A stretch of DNA of 61,717 nt, filler included, from Pirum gemmata (Eukaryota): NCBI GenBank assembly GCA_002812295.1. It is 17 parts of 17 records of this genome, joined end to end, with 100 filler letters (N's around TTAATTAATTAA, not from the genome) between each part and the next. Parts side by side here need not be neighbours in the genome. Positions count along the whole stretch, not along the records: positions 26,760 to 33,527 come from PDIN01002759.1; positions 33,628 to 36,961 come from PDIN01002760.1; positions 37,062 to 40,428 come from PDIN01002761.1; 14 more parts are not named here. One strand, 5' to 3'. Below the pieces are notes generated by a model. The model worked only from the letters and a program-made list of their open reading frames with translations, was not told the origin of the DNA and made no database searches. The position numbers were made by a program, and so were the translations under genes. Shown one piece after another: positions 26,842 to 37,959 of the stretch (position 1 is its first letter; every line of letters starts with the position of its first letter).

Positions 26842-27598
26842 TGTTGGTATAATTTGATTTTATGCTAAATCTTAAAGATATAGTTAATTATTTGTGAATA
26901 GTAAGTATTATTTAATTCAATATGATTGTAGTGATGGTTTTATTGGTTGAAAATATATAGTCAAATGGCTAAAATTGCTTATATGTTTTAGTTAAGAGTT
27001 ATTATGGGTTGAAAAGTTGTTACATAATTTTAGTGTTCTGAATATGTGAACAAAACAAACCCACGCATGGTGTAGTTTGATATTTTAAAATAAATCTTAC
27101 AGATACACAAAAGTATTAATCAATATTGATGTTGATATAATTTGATTTTGTACTAAATCTTAGTTAATTATTTATGAATTTTATATATTAAATTAGTTAG
27201 AGTTTTTATTGGTTAAAAAGTTGTTATATAATTTTAGTGTTCTGGGTATGTGAACAAAACAAACCCTTTTATGGTGTAATTTGATATTTTAAAATAAATC
27301 TTACAGATACATAAAAGTATTAATCAATATTGATTTTGATATAATTTGATTTTATTCTAAATCTTACAGTTAATTATTTTTGAATATTAAGTATTAAATT
27401 CGATATGATTGTAGTGATGATTTTATTTGTTGAAATTATATAGTTAAATGGCTAAAATTGGTTATAGGTTTTAGTTAAGAGTTATTATTGGTTGAAAGTT
27501 GTTACATGATTTTAGTGTTCTGTGTATGTGAGACAAAACAAACCCACGCATGGTGTAATTTGATATTTTAAAATAAATCTAACAGATACATAAAAGTT
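26842..27598 (+). repeat. Tandem array, 3 copies of a ~205-290 bp unit
   Basis: TAATTTTAGTGTTCTG..TGTGAACAAAACAAACCC..ATGGTGTARTTTGATATTTTAAAATAAATCTTACAGATACA occurs three times. The middle copy is internally deleted. Confidence 0.9.
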
Positions 27599-27664
27599 AT
27601 TATACAAAATATATAAAATTCACGTTATTGATGTCTAATAATAATATTATCTAATTTTTTCCAG

Positions 27665-27799
27665 AACCAACAGAACACTCTGTAACACCGATTGCTTTTG
27701 CCCCTTGTAAACGACCAAGCTCTGCTATCTCTGAAGATGAAATTTTGAACTCTCCCCTCTTTTCTGGACCTAAAGTTCTTAAACCCACTAGAAAATTAG
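27665..27799 (+). CDS. Isolated probable exon of an unknown protein
   Basis: TTTTTTCCAG acceptor, then open frame EPTEHSVTPIAFAPCKRPSSAISEDEILNSPLFSGPKVLKPTRKL. The 3' boundary is uncertain. Confidence 0.5.
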
Positions 27800-27904
27800 G
27801 TTTTTTATATTATTATTCTCTACTTTATTTTTGTGACTGTTGTTTTTAAGTAAGCACACGATTTTCATAAAACATCATTTTGATATTATTAAGTTAGAGG
27901 CCAA

Positions 27905-28138
27905 TATGGATGACGGCACAATAATGTATATATATATATATATATATATATGAAAATAGGATTAATTATAATAATATATTTGAAAATATTTGGAAGTTAG
28001 TTTAGAGAGATAGTGACATATACATCACTCAACTTTAGTTCGAATATGATAATATATAAATAAAAGCAAATCCTATTTCCCCTGAACTACATCCCAAGGA
28101 AGTGTTTATTATTATTATTATTAGTCACGTCATCCGTA
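27905..28138. mobile_element. MITE with TIR TAYGGATGACG; relative at ~36393-36616
   Basis: TATGGATGACGGCAC ... GTCACGTCATCCGTA. The right half aligns to 36470-36616, which itself has long internal inverted arms. Confidence 0.65.
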
Positions 28139-28989
28139 CCTCTTGAAATTATTATTATTATTATTATTATTTTGTGGTATTGTATAAAATTGTGTTCCTG
28201 TTTCAATATAGAGTTGTTTTTATCGTTGTCAGTTTTTTCATTATTGTCCTTTTTATGATTACAATAGTATAATAAAAACCAGTTTATGAAAATAACTCTT
28301 TTGGTTTCTCTTTATTTTTATACGAATTAAAATGCAAATTAAAATGCATAATGAAAATTTTGTACCATTTAGTATAGTCACAATTGTGGGTAATGATAAT
28401 GGACTATATAAAGTGGTATTTTTTTTTACTATTGCTCTTTTTATTCTGGTTATTTTTGCTCTTGTTATTTTTGCTCTTGTTATTTTTACTTGTGTTGTTT
28501 TTACTCGTGTTGTTTTTTACTCATGTTCTTTTATTCTTATTGTTTTTGCTCTTTGTTTTTGCTCTTGTGTTGACGGCACTGTATATTGGCACTGGTGTTG
28601 GTGTTGGTTTTTATGCAGGTATGGTACAGGTGAGGGTATTGGTGCGGTTGAGGGCGGGGGTGTTGTTAATGTGTGTGTACTGTCTATTCCATGACCTATA
28701 ATAAATAATTCTGTTCCATTTCAAATTAACTAATTGTCTAAAAAAGCAACTNNNNNNNNNNNNNNNNNNNNNNNNNNNNNNNNNNNNNNNNNNNNCACAC
28801 ACACACACACACATTTTTGCTTTCCCATACTAGATTACATCTTCCTAAACTTTTTATTTTTACACATGAAATTATGTTCTTGATCTCTGATTGTATTATT
28901 TCAGCTTTCATAATAATATTGCCTAAAAGCCAATGTAATGACATTGTTGTTAATGTTACTTACAATATCATTATTGTTTAAATATGTAG

Positions 28990-30137
28990 GGAAGCCCGAA
29001 GTCACCCCCACATCTGGTAGGTACAAAACAGGACTAAATCGTAACTACCGTGGCTATTTTAATAACAAAAAAAAACAGAGTGAAAATAACAATCACACTT
29101 ACTCTGACAAAAAATGTGAAAATGTAGAACCAGAGAAATTTCTTAAAAGGTAATATTCTTTTTCTTTTGGGAGCGTTATTTGATTATGATTTTGATTGCT
29201 TTTTTTTTTAATGTTTTTGTAATTGTTTTGTCAACATATTATTTATCGCTCTTAATGCTATTTTCATTGTTAATGTAACTGCCTGTTAATCATTACTATT
29301 ATTTCTATTACTATATTTTATTTTTTTATTATTGTTGTTGTTATTGTTATTGTTATTGTTGTTATTATTGCTATTGCTATTATTAGTGTTATTGTTATTG
29401 CCATTATCGTATTTGTTAATATTATTATTGTTGTTATTGTTGTTGTTATATTTATTGTTATTATTGTTATTGTTATTGTTATTGTTATTGTTATTGTTAT
29501 TGTTATTGTTATTGTTATTGTTATTGTTATTACTATTACTATTACTATTACTATTACTATTACTATTACTATTACTATTACTATTACTATTATTATTATC
29601 ATTGCTATTACTATTGATATTGCTATTATTGCGTTTGTTGTTATGTATTGTTGTTATGTATTGTTGTTATGTATTGTTATGTATTGTTTTTATGTATTGT
29701 CATCACTGTATTACTCATGCTTTAATTATTTCTCTTTTTTATTGTTTATTTTTAAAGGTACTCTTCTGCCAATTTTACAGTCCCAGCTCAAAGAGTTAAA
29801 TGTATGATGATCCCTTAACCTTACGTCTACATTTATCGTACCTTGACGAATTAATACCTACCCCTCTCTTTACCTTTAGCCATTCTGATCTACCCTAACC
29901 CTAACCCTAATCCTAAATCCAACTTGAACCCTAATAATATCTCTAGCTCAATTTGATCATAACAAAGGCCTAAACTTACAAAAATGCAGTTTGTTGTTTT
30001 GTTGTTTTGTTGTTTTGTTTTGTTGTTTTGTTGTTTTGTTGTTTGTTGTTTGTTGTTTTTTTTTTGTTTNNNNNNNNNNNNNNNNNNNNNNNNNNNNNNN
30101 NNNNNNNNNNNNNNNNNNNNNNNNNNNNNNNNNNNNN

Positions 30138-30216
<79 letters not shown>

Positions 30217-30263
30217 GAAGCATGACATCGTTGAGAGCGTTGAACCCTACATTTTTGAAGAAG
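28990..30263 (+). CDS. Small upstream exons probably of the BRCA2-like gene (~28990-29149, ~29758-29801, ~29947-29988, 30218-30263)
   Basis: AG/GT-bounded exons. The first three join in frame (KPEVTPTSG..FLKR-YSSANFTVPAQRVK-SQFDHNKGLNLQKC). Exon 30218-30263 (KHDIVESVEPYIFEE) splices in frame to the BRC exon. A phase mismatch across the N gap implies missing sequence. Confidence 0.5.
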
Positions 30264-30553
30264 GTAAATATATCAAATACAAAATACTATCATTTCATTA
30301 AATCTGAATCATCTATCTACCTAAAATTGACTAAAATGATATTAAATAGACGAAATCCATCACAAGCCAAAATAAAATTAAAATGAAATGAAGTAAAACG
30401 ATACATAAACGTAGAGAAGTAAAAATAAATCGGTAATTGTGTTTGAGTTTATTTGTATATTTCAATTTACTTAATTGTAGTGTAGTAGATATGTAGCTTG
30501 TAGTTGTTTGCTATTTAAACAGTTCAATTAATTTTTTAAAAATATTATTTAAG

Positions 30554-33379
30554 ATACCTGTGAGAGAGAAGCAATGTTGATGCTGGACGTAGACGCTGCT
30601 GGAATATGGAGTGATTACGAAGACACGAATACACCATTAAAATGTGTACAAAAAGAGGTGGAAAGTATTGAAATACAACAACAACAACAACAACATATAA
30701 TAGAACCCAACAATGTACAAGTTAATGAAGAAAAAGTGTTCTTTTCGGGATTTAACACTGGTCATGGCCAAGAAATCTCAGTATCCAAAAAAGGTAAGCA
30801 ACTTGCCCAGCAAATGCTACAGGATGTTGATCAAAAAACCCCCAGAGAAATCCCCGTAGCCAAAACAGATAAGCAACTTGTCCAAAAAATGCTACATGAC
30901 GATGACCAAGAAATACCCATAGCCAAAAAAAGTAAACAGTTTACACAAGAAATATCACAGGATGTTGACCAAGATAAGAAAGTCAAACTCGGTGTTGCTT
31001 ATTTGCCTGTCTATGACAATTGTAGCACAACTGAACATAAACTTGATTTTTTTATTAGAAAAGGGAAAAGGGTTCCTCTGAGTGAAAGCTGTAAAAAAAA
31101 CACCAAAACGTTTTTACAGGGTTTTATGGATGACGAAGAAAAAGAATCTGTTGATTTCAAAATCTCAATACCCAATAATCACAAGCCCGAAATTACTGAA
31201 AAAAGTAAAAGGCTGGAATTGTTTGACGTTAATGAGAAAAAAAATTCTGATTTAGCAAATAGTAAAAAAAAACAGAACATAACAGGAACAGAAATTGGCT
31301 TCACCACAGGACATGGGAAAAAAATCCCAATAACCAAGCAAAGTTTAGAAATGGCGAAAAACTTTTTGCTGGAGTTTGAGAATAATGAGGGAACAGAATG
31401 TATTGATAAAAGGAATGACTTGCGCGGTTCTAGTAGTAGCCATAATAATCGTGATCAAAAGAAAACATGTATGGCTGGTTCCAGTACCGCAAACAAGCAG
31501 GAAGTCTTGATTGAGAAAAACAGTAAGAACTTCACTAGGAGTATGCTTCAGGCGTGTGACACCGATGAAGAAAAATATCTACTTGTTAATACCGCTACCC
31601 AATTAATAAATTGTGATAATGAAAAATCCAGTCCAATCAAAACTGGTGAAGAGTCAGTTAATGCTAAAAAGCAACATAACACAACAGGAATAGAAACTGG
31701 CCTTTCCACAGGAAGCGGGAAAAAAATACCAATAAGCAAGCAAAGTTTAGAAAAGGCCAAGAATTGTTTGCTAGAGTCTAAAGATAATGAGGGAATAGAA
31801 TATGTTGATGATATTAGTAATGACTCGCGTGATTCTAGTAGTAGCCATGGCAATCTTAATCAAAAGAAAACATGTATGTCTGGTTTCAATACCGCAAATG
31901 GCCAGGAAGTGTTGATTGAGGAAAATAGTAAGAAACTGGCTAGGAGTATGCTCCAGGCGTGTGACGCCGATGAAGGACAATATGTACCTGGTACTATCAC
32001 TACCCGATTGATAGGTTGTGAAAATGAAAAATCCAGTAATATCAAAACTGGCGAAGAGTCAATTAATGCTAAAAAACAGCATAGCACAACAGGAATAGAA
32101 ATCGGCTTTTCCACAGGAAGTGGAAAAAAAATCCCAATAAGCAAACAAAGTTTTGAAATGGCGAAAAACTTTTTGCTAGAGTTTAAAGATAATGAAGGAA
32201 CAGAATATTTTGATGGTATGAGGAATGACTCGCGTGATTCTAGTAGTAGTCATGGCAATCTTAATCTAAAGAAAATATGCATGTCTGGTTTCAATACCGT
32301 AAACGGCCAGGAAGTCTTGATTGAGGAAAACAGTAAGAAATTGGCTAGGAGTATACTCCAGGCATGTGACGCCGATGAAGGACAATATGTACCTGGTACT
32401 ACCACTACCCGATTGATAGATTGTCAAAATGAAAAATCCAGTTCAATCAAAACTGGCGAAGAGTTCAATAATGCTAAAAATCAGCATAGCACAACAGGAA
32501 TAGAAATCGGCTTTTCCACAGGAAGTGGGAAAAAAATCCCAATAAGCAAGCAAAGTTTAGAAAAGGCGAAAAAGTTTTTGCTAGAGTTTAAGGATAATGA
32601 AGGAACAGAATATGCTGATGGTAAGAGGAATGACTCGCGTGATTCTAGTAAGAGCGATGGTAATGTTAATCAAAAGAAAACATATATGTCTGGTTTCAGT
32701 ACCGCAAACGGCGAGGAAGTCTTAATCGAGGAAAACAGCAAGAAATTGGCGAAGAGTGTAGATTGTGAAAATGAAAAATCCAGTTCAATCAAAACTGGCG
32801 AAGAGTCCAATAATGCTAAAAATCAGCATAGCACAACAGGAATAGAAATCGGCTTTTCCACAGGAAGTGGAAAAAAAATCCCAATAAGCAAGCAAAGTTT
32901 AGAAAAGGCGAAAAACGTTTTGCTAGAGTTTAAGGATAACGAGGATACAGAATATGTTGGTGGTGTGAAGAATGACTCGCGTGGTTCTAGTAGTAAGTAT
33001 GGTAATCGAGTTAAATCTATAGATTGTGAAAGTACCAGTTCAATTACAACTGATGAAGAGTCAACTAATACTAAAAAAGAACATAACACAAGAAGAATAG
33101 AAATTGGCTTTTCCACAGGAAGTGGAGAAAAAATCCCAATAAGCAAGCAAAGTTTAGAAAAGGCGAAAAACTTTTTGTTAGAGTTTAAGGATAATGAGGA
33201 AAGAGAATATATTGACAAAAAACTTAAATCACCAAACCCCGTCTTTGGAAAAGATGAAAATGTAGTAACCAGTATTGAAATTCAAACGATCAAGCCCTTC
33301 TATAATGAGCTTAATACCAAAATGATTCCCAAGGGTATATATAAAACGCAGAAGTTTGAAAAGTTGGAACCTTTTGCAG
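30554..33379 (+). CDS. BRCA2: BRCA2-like protein, 2.8-kb exon with an expanded BRC-repeat array (partial gene)
   Basis: Acceptor at 30553 and donor at 33380. Repeats such as GFSTGSGKKIPISKQSLEKAKNFLLEF and GFNTANGQEVLIEENSKKLARSML match the BRC consensus FxTASGKxVxVSxxSLxKAKxLF. The DNA-binding OB domains are not in the window. Confidence 0.82.
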
Positions 33380-33907
33380 GTACACACATACACATTTATA
33401 TTTACTTACTATGAACACGCATATCAGCTCCCCCCCCCACACACACACACACATACATACATACATACATACATACATACACACATGCACACAAACCCAC
33501 ATATTAATACAAACATACGAACATACANNNNNNNNNNNNNNNNNNNNNNNNNNNNNNNNNNNNNNNNNNNNTTAATTAATTAANNNNNNNNNNNNNNNNN
33601 NNNNNNNNNNNNNNNNNNNNNNNNNNNAAAAAAATTTTTTTTAGATTTTTTTTTTCGAAAAAAAGTCCATAAATTGACGACTCAAAAAAAAAACACACCA
33701 TAAATTTACGACATAGCGCGCTGACGAATAGAGACTAGCTAGCCTAGCTAGCTAGCTAGCTAGCTAGTATGATAGGCTACTAACCCTAACCCTATTTTGT
33801 TACCTGGGGGAATAGAAGGAAAGGAATAGATGGAAATTTTGTTCAAAAGTCAAAAAATATCTCAATTTTTTTTTGTTGGAATTTTTTTTCGAACCTTACT
33901 AATTAAA

Positions 33908-34342
33908 TAGGGGTGTTCGGTTTCGACGGTTTGTAGTGTAGTCTATGTACCCTAACCCTAACCCTAACCCTAACCCTAACCCTAACCCTAACCCTAACCC
34001 TAACCCTAAAACCCTAACCCTAACCCTAACCCTAACCCTTCACCTTTTTTTCTAAAGTCTAGACTACAGATTCAGAGAGAGGAAATTTTACAAAAAAAAT
34101 ACGCAAAATTGACGTATTTTGTTTTTTTACAAATTAGTAAGTCAAATGTAAGTTTTGAGTAAGGTTCTGTATTCTGTAAGGTAATATCATAGAAAAAAAA
34201 ATCCAAAAAAAAAAAATTGCCCAATGAAATTGAGATATTTTTTGACGTCCCTTCTACTATCAAGCGGGGCCGCGAAAAAACCATATCCGCAAATGCCGCA
34301 AGAGTTGTGTGAAGGTGAAGGTTTACAAACCCAACACCCCTA
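33908..34342. mobile_element. Non-autonomous TIR element (TAGGGGTGTTCGGTTT / AAACCCAACACCCCTA) containing a (CCCTAA)n tract
   Basis: 16-bp TIRs with one mismatch and a hAT-like TAGGG start. No clear target-site duplication. Confidence 0.62.
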
Positions 34343-34367
34343 TTATATTGTTATTGTTAATTAAAAA

Positions 34368-34398
<31 letters not shown>

Positions 34399-34595
34399 TT
34401 AAAAAATATATTAATATAATAATATTATATACAATAGAATAATTTTATTAATAATATTTATTAATGTTATCTTCTTCTGACAATGTTGTACATGTAGCAC
34501 CAGGTTTAGGATTATAAAGGGTTAGGGTCTAGGGTTAGGGTTAGGGTTAGGTATCATTAATTATTATTATTCTTCACAATATTTATAAATTATAA

Positions 34596-35660
34596 TTATC
34601 TTCTCCCGGTAATAGCAGGAACACGAACAGCATTATTAACAGAATAGCTCCCTATTTGATTGGTTTGAGCTGCGGTAAAGCTTAATTCAATGCAGGCTGG
34701 AGGCTGCTGATTAGCATTATCACCAACCGTTAAAAAATGTCGATTTTCCACTATTAAATCCTGATACAAATTAGCACCGTAAAGATATAACCGAGCGCTA
34801 CACAACACGGCTGATCTAACTTGCCCCTGCCAGTTTGCGGGCAATGTTCCGTCCACAAAGTTTTGGTCGGCGGAACTAAAAGTTATTTCATTTCCAACCC
34901 CTGGTGTGGTAGTATCAAAAAATATAACTCTGGGAGGTAAACCTGAAAATACGCGATCACACGTGAGAATCCCATTTGTAGTTCGAATAGAACCTTCTTC
35001 ACAGGAAGTGGTATCTAAAGTAGTTGTACGCCATACGCTATTTACACATTGGTTTTGTACCTGTCCCCCAATGGAACACTGGTTAAATGAGCCTAAATTA
35101 TCTGGATTATAACGACTATTTAAACATCTTTGACAAAATGTTAAATCCGAATAAATAGTATTTTGTTCTCTAGGGGTTTGACCATAGGAATCTCTGTACA
35201 ACCCAACAGCTCTTGGACAAGTGCATCGTAATACTTTTGTCTCGGAATCATAAGCACACCAACGACAACCACGATCTGTATTCGCTGAAATTGTGGCCCT
35301 GTAACCCACAGGTTCAGGTAAAGGAAGGATGTAATTACCTGCTGGTGGACCGTCAGGTTGAGGGGTTATATCTTCTAAACATACTAAAATGCCATTGTTC
35401 AAACCAACTCTCGCACAATATGTAGTATTTAACGAGCTAGTCCTGGTATTTCTATCACAGGCAGCGTGATCTGTACCTTGGTCAGGATTTCTGCAACTAC
35501 TACGGAGATAACCATCAAGATTTGGTAAAAAACAATTTCCTGAGAGAATATTATTGGAGAAACTGAATGATAAACAATCTGGTCTATAATCTCCTGCAGG
35601 ATATTGAGCTAATATGGCTGTAACTTTGAGAAAAAAAACAAATATTATTGCTTTGAACAT
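34596..35660 (-). CDS. Secreted Cys-rich protein: signal peptide, two CVNH (cyanovirin-N)-like repeats and a C-terminal beta/gamma-crystallin-like domain; intronless, 354 aa
   Basis: ATG at 35660. Repeats PAGDYRPDC..NNILSGNC..RTSSLNTTYC..NNGILVC and PAGNY..GC..VLRCTC..RTTTLDTTSC..TNGILTC. The C-terminus has a crystallin-like pattern (RVIFFD..NWQGQVRSAV..LYLYGANLY..NQIGSYSV). The ORF is firm; the domain calls are by eye. Confidence 0.75.
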   Translation of the reverse strand: MFKAIIFVFFLKVTAILAQYPAGDYRPDCLSFSFSNNILSGNCFLPNLDGYLRSSCRNPDQGTDHAACDRNTRTSSLNTTYCARVGLNNGILVCLEDITPQPDGPPAGNYILPLPEPVGYRATISANTDRGCRWCAYDSETKVLRCTCPRAVGLYRDSYGQTPREQNTIYSDLTFCQRCLNSRYNPDNLGSFNQCSIGGQVQNQCVNSVWRTTTLDTTSCEEGSIRTTNGILTCDRVFSGLPPRVIFFDTTTPGVGNEITFSSADQNFVDGTLPANWQGQVRSAVLCSARLYLYGANLYQDLIVENRHFLTVGDNANQQPPACIELSFTAAQTNQIGSYSVNNAVRVPAITGRR

Positions 35661-35730
35661 TTTTTTGTTATTAAAAATCAACGTTAATTAAATATTATTA
35701 TTATTATTATTGTTATTATTATTATTAGTA

Positions 35731-35789
<59 letters not shown>

Positions 35790-37357
35790 TATGAACGCTT
35801 CCATATATCAAAATATGTATGTATTTATGTATTTGTATATTTAATGGCAATTTTAAATCAATTGATTTTCTATAGTGACTTAGCTAAAAATTTGGGATCT
35901 GTAGTTGAGTATTTGGAAATGCTACCAAATACAATTGAGGTGTCATTTATCGAGAATTTGGGTTTGTTTTGTTATTATTTACATAAGAATATTTACCATT
36001 GTATTATTATTGTATGTTTCTTTTTTGTTATCTCTTTATCTTGTTTGGTTTCTTTTCAAATTTCTTTTTATTGTTTATATTTATGATACCTGTTTTTGCA
36101 TGAATGTATTTAATATATGTACATGAATAGACAAAAACAACGGCATACAGATAAAAAATAAACACGTGGCTTCGTTTAGGACAGACACCACTTCTGATGA
36201 GGTTCAATTATTATTATTATGTTTTCTTTTATTATTCTTGTTGTATAGCTTTTGTTTGAAATTTCTTTTTTTCGTATTTTCTAATTTTTAATATAATTAT
36301 CATTTTTTTTCATCATAATGTTAATAAAAAAATTATCTACATGAATAGGTCTTAAGAGGCTAATTCGCCTAACAAGCCATGATATATATATTATCCTACG
36401 TGCGGGTTAGGTCGAGGAAAATAAGAATTTTTATTTATTAGTTATAATACTATATTAGGAAATAGTTGTGAGTAATGAGAGTAATAGTAACGTATACGTC
36501 TCTCAACTTTATTTCAAATATGGTAATATGATTAATAAAAAAAAAATCCTATTTTCCTTGAGCTACCTTGCACGTAAGAAATCAAGATTTTTATTATTAT
36601 AGTAACGTCATCCATATTAGTCTTATGCTTGAAACGTTTTTCTGCAATACAACGTTATATTTTAAGAATTCTGTTATTTTCAAGTGTCAATAGTAATTTT
36701 TTTATTGATATTAATCGATAGATACTTATAAATATGCTTATTTGGTGTTTTTTTTCATATGAAATATAATATTACATTATTATTTTATTACGTAATCATT
36801 ATTATAATAGTAATAATAATACACTGTTTATACTCAGCTATTAATAAATGTTTTGTTAATATTCTGTGATAGAAAGTGGGTTTTACAATCCATATATCAT
36901 ATTGTATTATTATTATGTAATCACTAACCCTAACCCTAACCCTAACCCTAACCCTAACCCTNNNNNNNNNNNNNNNNNNNNNNNNNNNNNNNNNNNNNNN
37001 NNNNNTTAATTAATTAANNNNNNNNNNNNNNNNNNNNNNNNNNNNNNNNNNNNNNNNNNNNTTTTGTTTTTTTTTTTGTTTTTTGCTTTTCTGTTTATTT
37101 TATGTTTGGTTTCAAACAGTTTTTAAAAGTTTCTTCTTTCACTTTTCCTTTCATTCTATTTTGTTAATTATTTTTTAATTTTCAACTAGTTATTTTTCGT
37201 TTCTTCTAAATTCTCTTCAATACTTCAACTTACATCATAATGCCCTGCTAAATTCTAAAAATCCTGACCTACTAAACTGGTTATCCGGATTTGTCGCTGT
37301 CGCTTTCCCAAGATTAATATTTATATAAAGGTTAGAGTTATTAATTGATGACGTCAT

Positions 37358-37391
<34 letters not shown>

Positions 37392-37959
37392 TGGTTTTTT
37401 TTTTTTTTTTTTATGATGCTAAAAAAAAGGATTCATTTCATTGGGAGAAAACATAATCAAATCAAACATCTCGATGCTAATTATTTTAAATAGTGACAAT
37501 TTTGAAATGATATTCCAGTGATATTCCTTTCTTTTTGAGTTTCAAGAATTTTTCAATGAAACCAAAAGTGAGCCAATACTTAAAATTAGATCGAAAAAAT
37601 TGGAAAGTTTCGAACTAGTCTCGACTCGATGGTTTTTCCCGCATCTCCTTGGGTGAATCTTGTTGATATCTTATTGATATCTTATTGATATCTTATTGAT
37701 ATCTTACCTTACTATGATAATTTTAGCAATTTTTTAATTGGCTGCCTATTTAACCAGACTTTTTTAACATTGACTGACTTAAAAAAAAATATTATAAAGT
37801 ATGACGCTATTTGATAACGTAAAACGTTTAAATACTCTCTCTTACCTTCTCGATGACTCTTGCTGTGTTCGTTTTCTCGAACTTGACGTGTTTGTTCTAT
37901 ATATATATATATATATAATATAATATTTCTGTTTTTTTTTCTTTACTATCTTCTATGCT

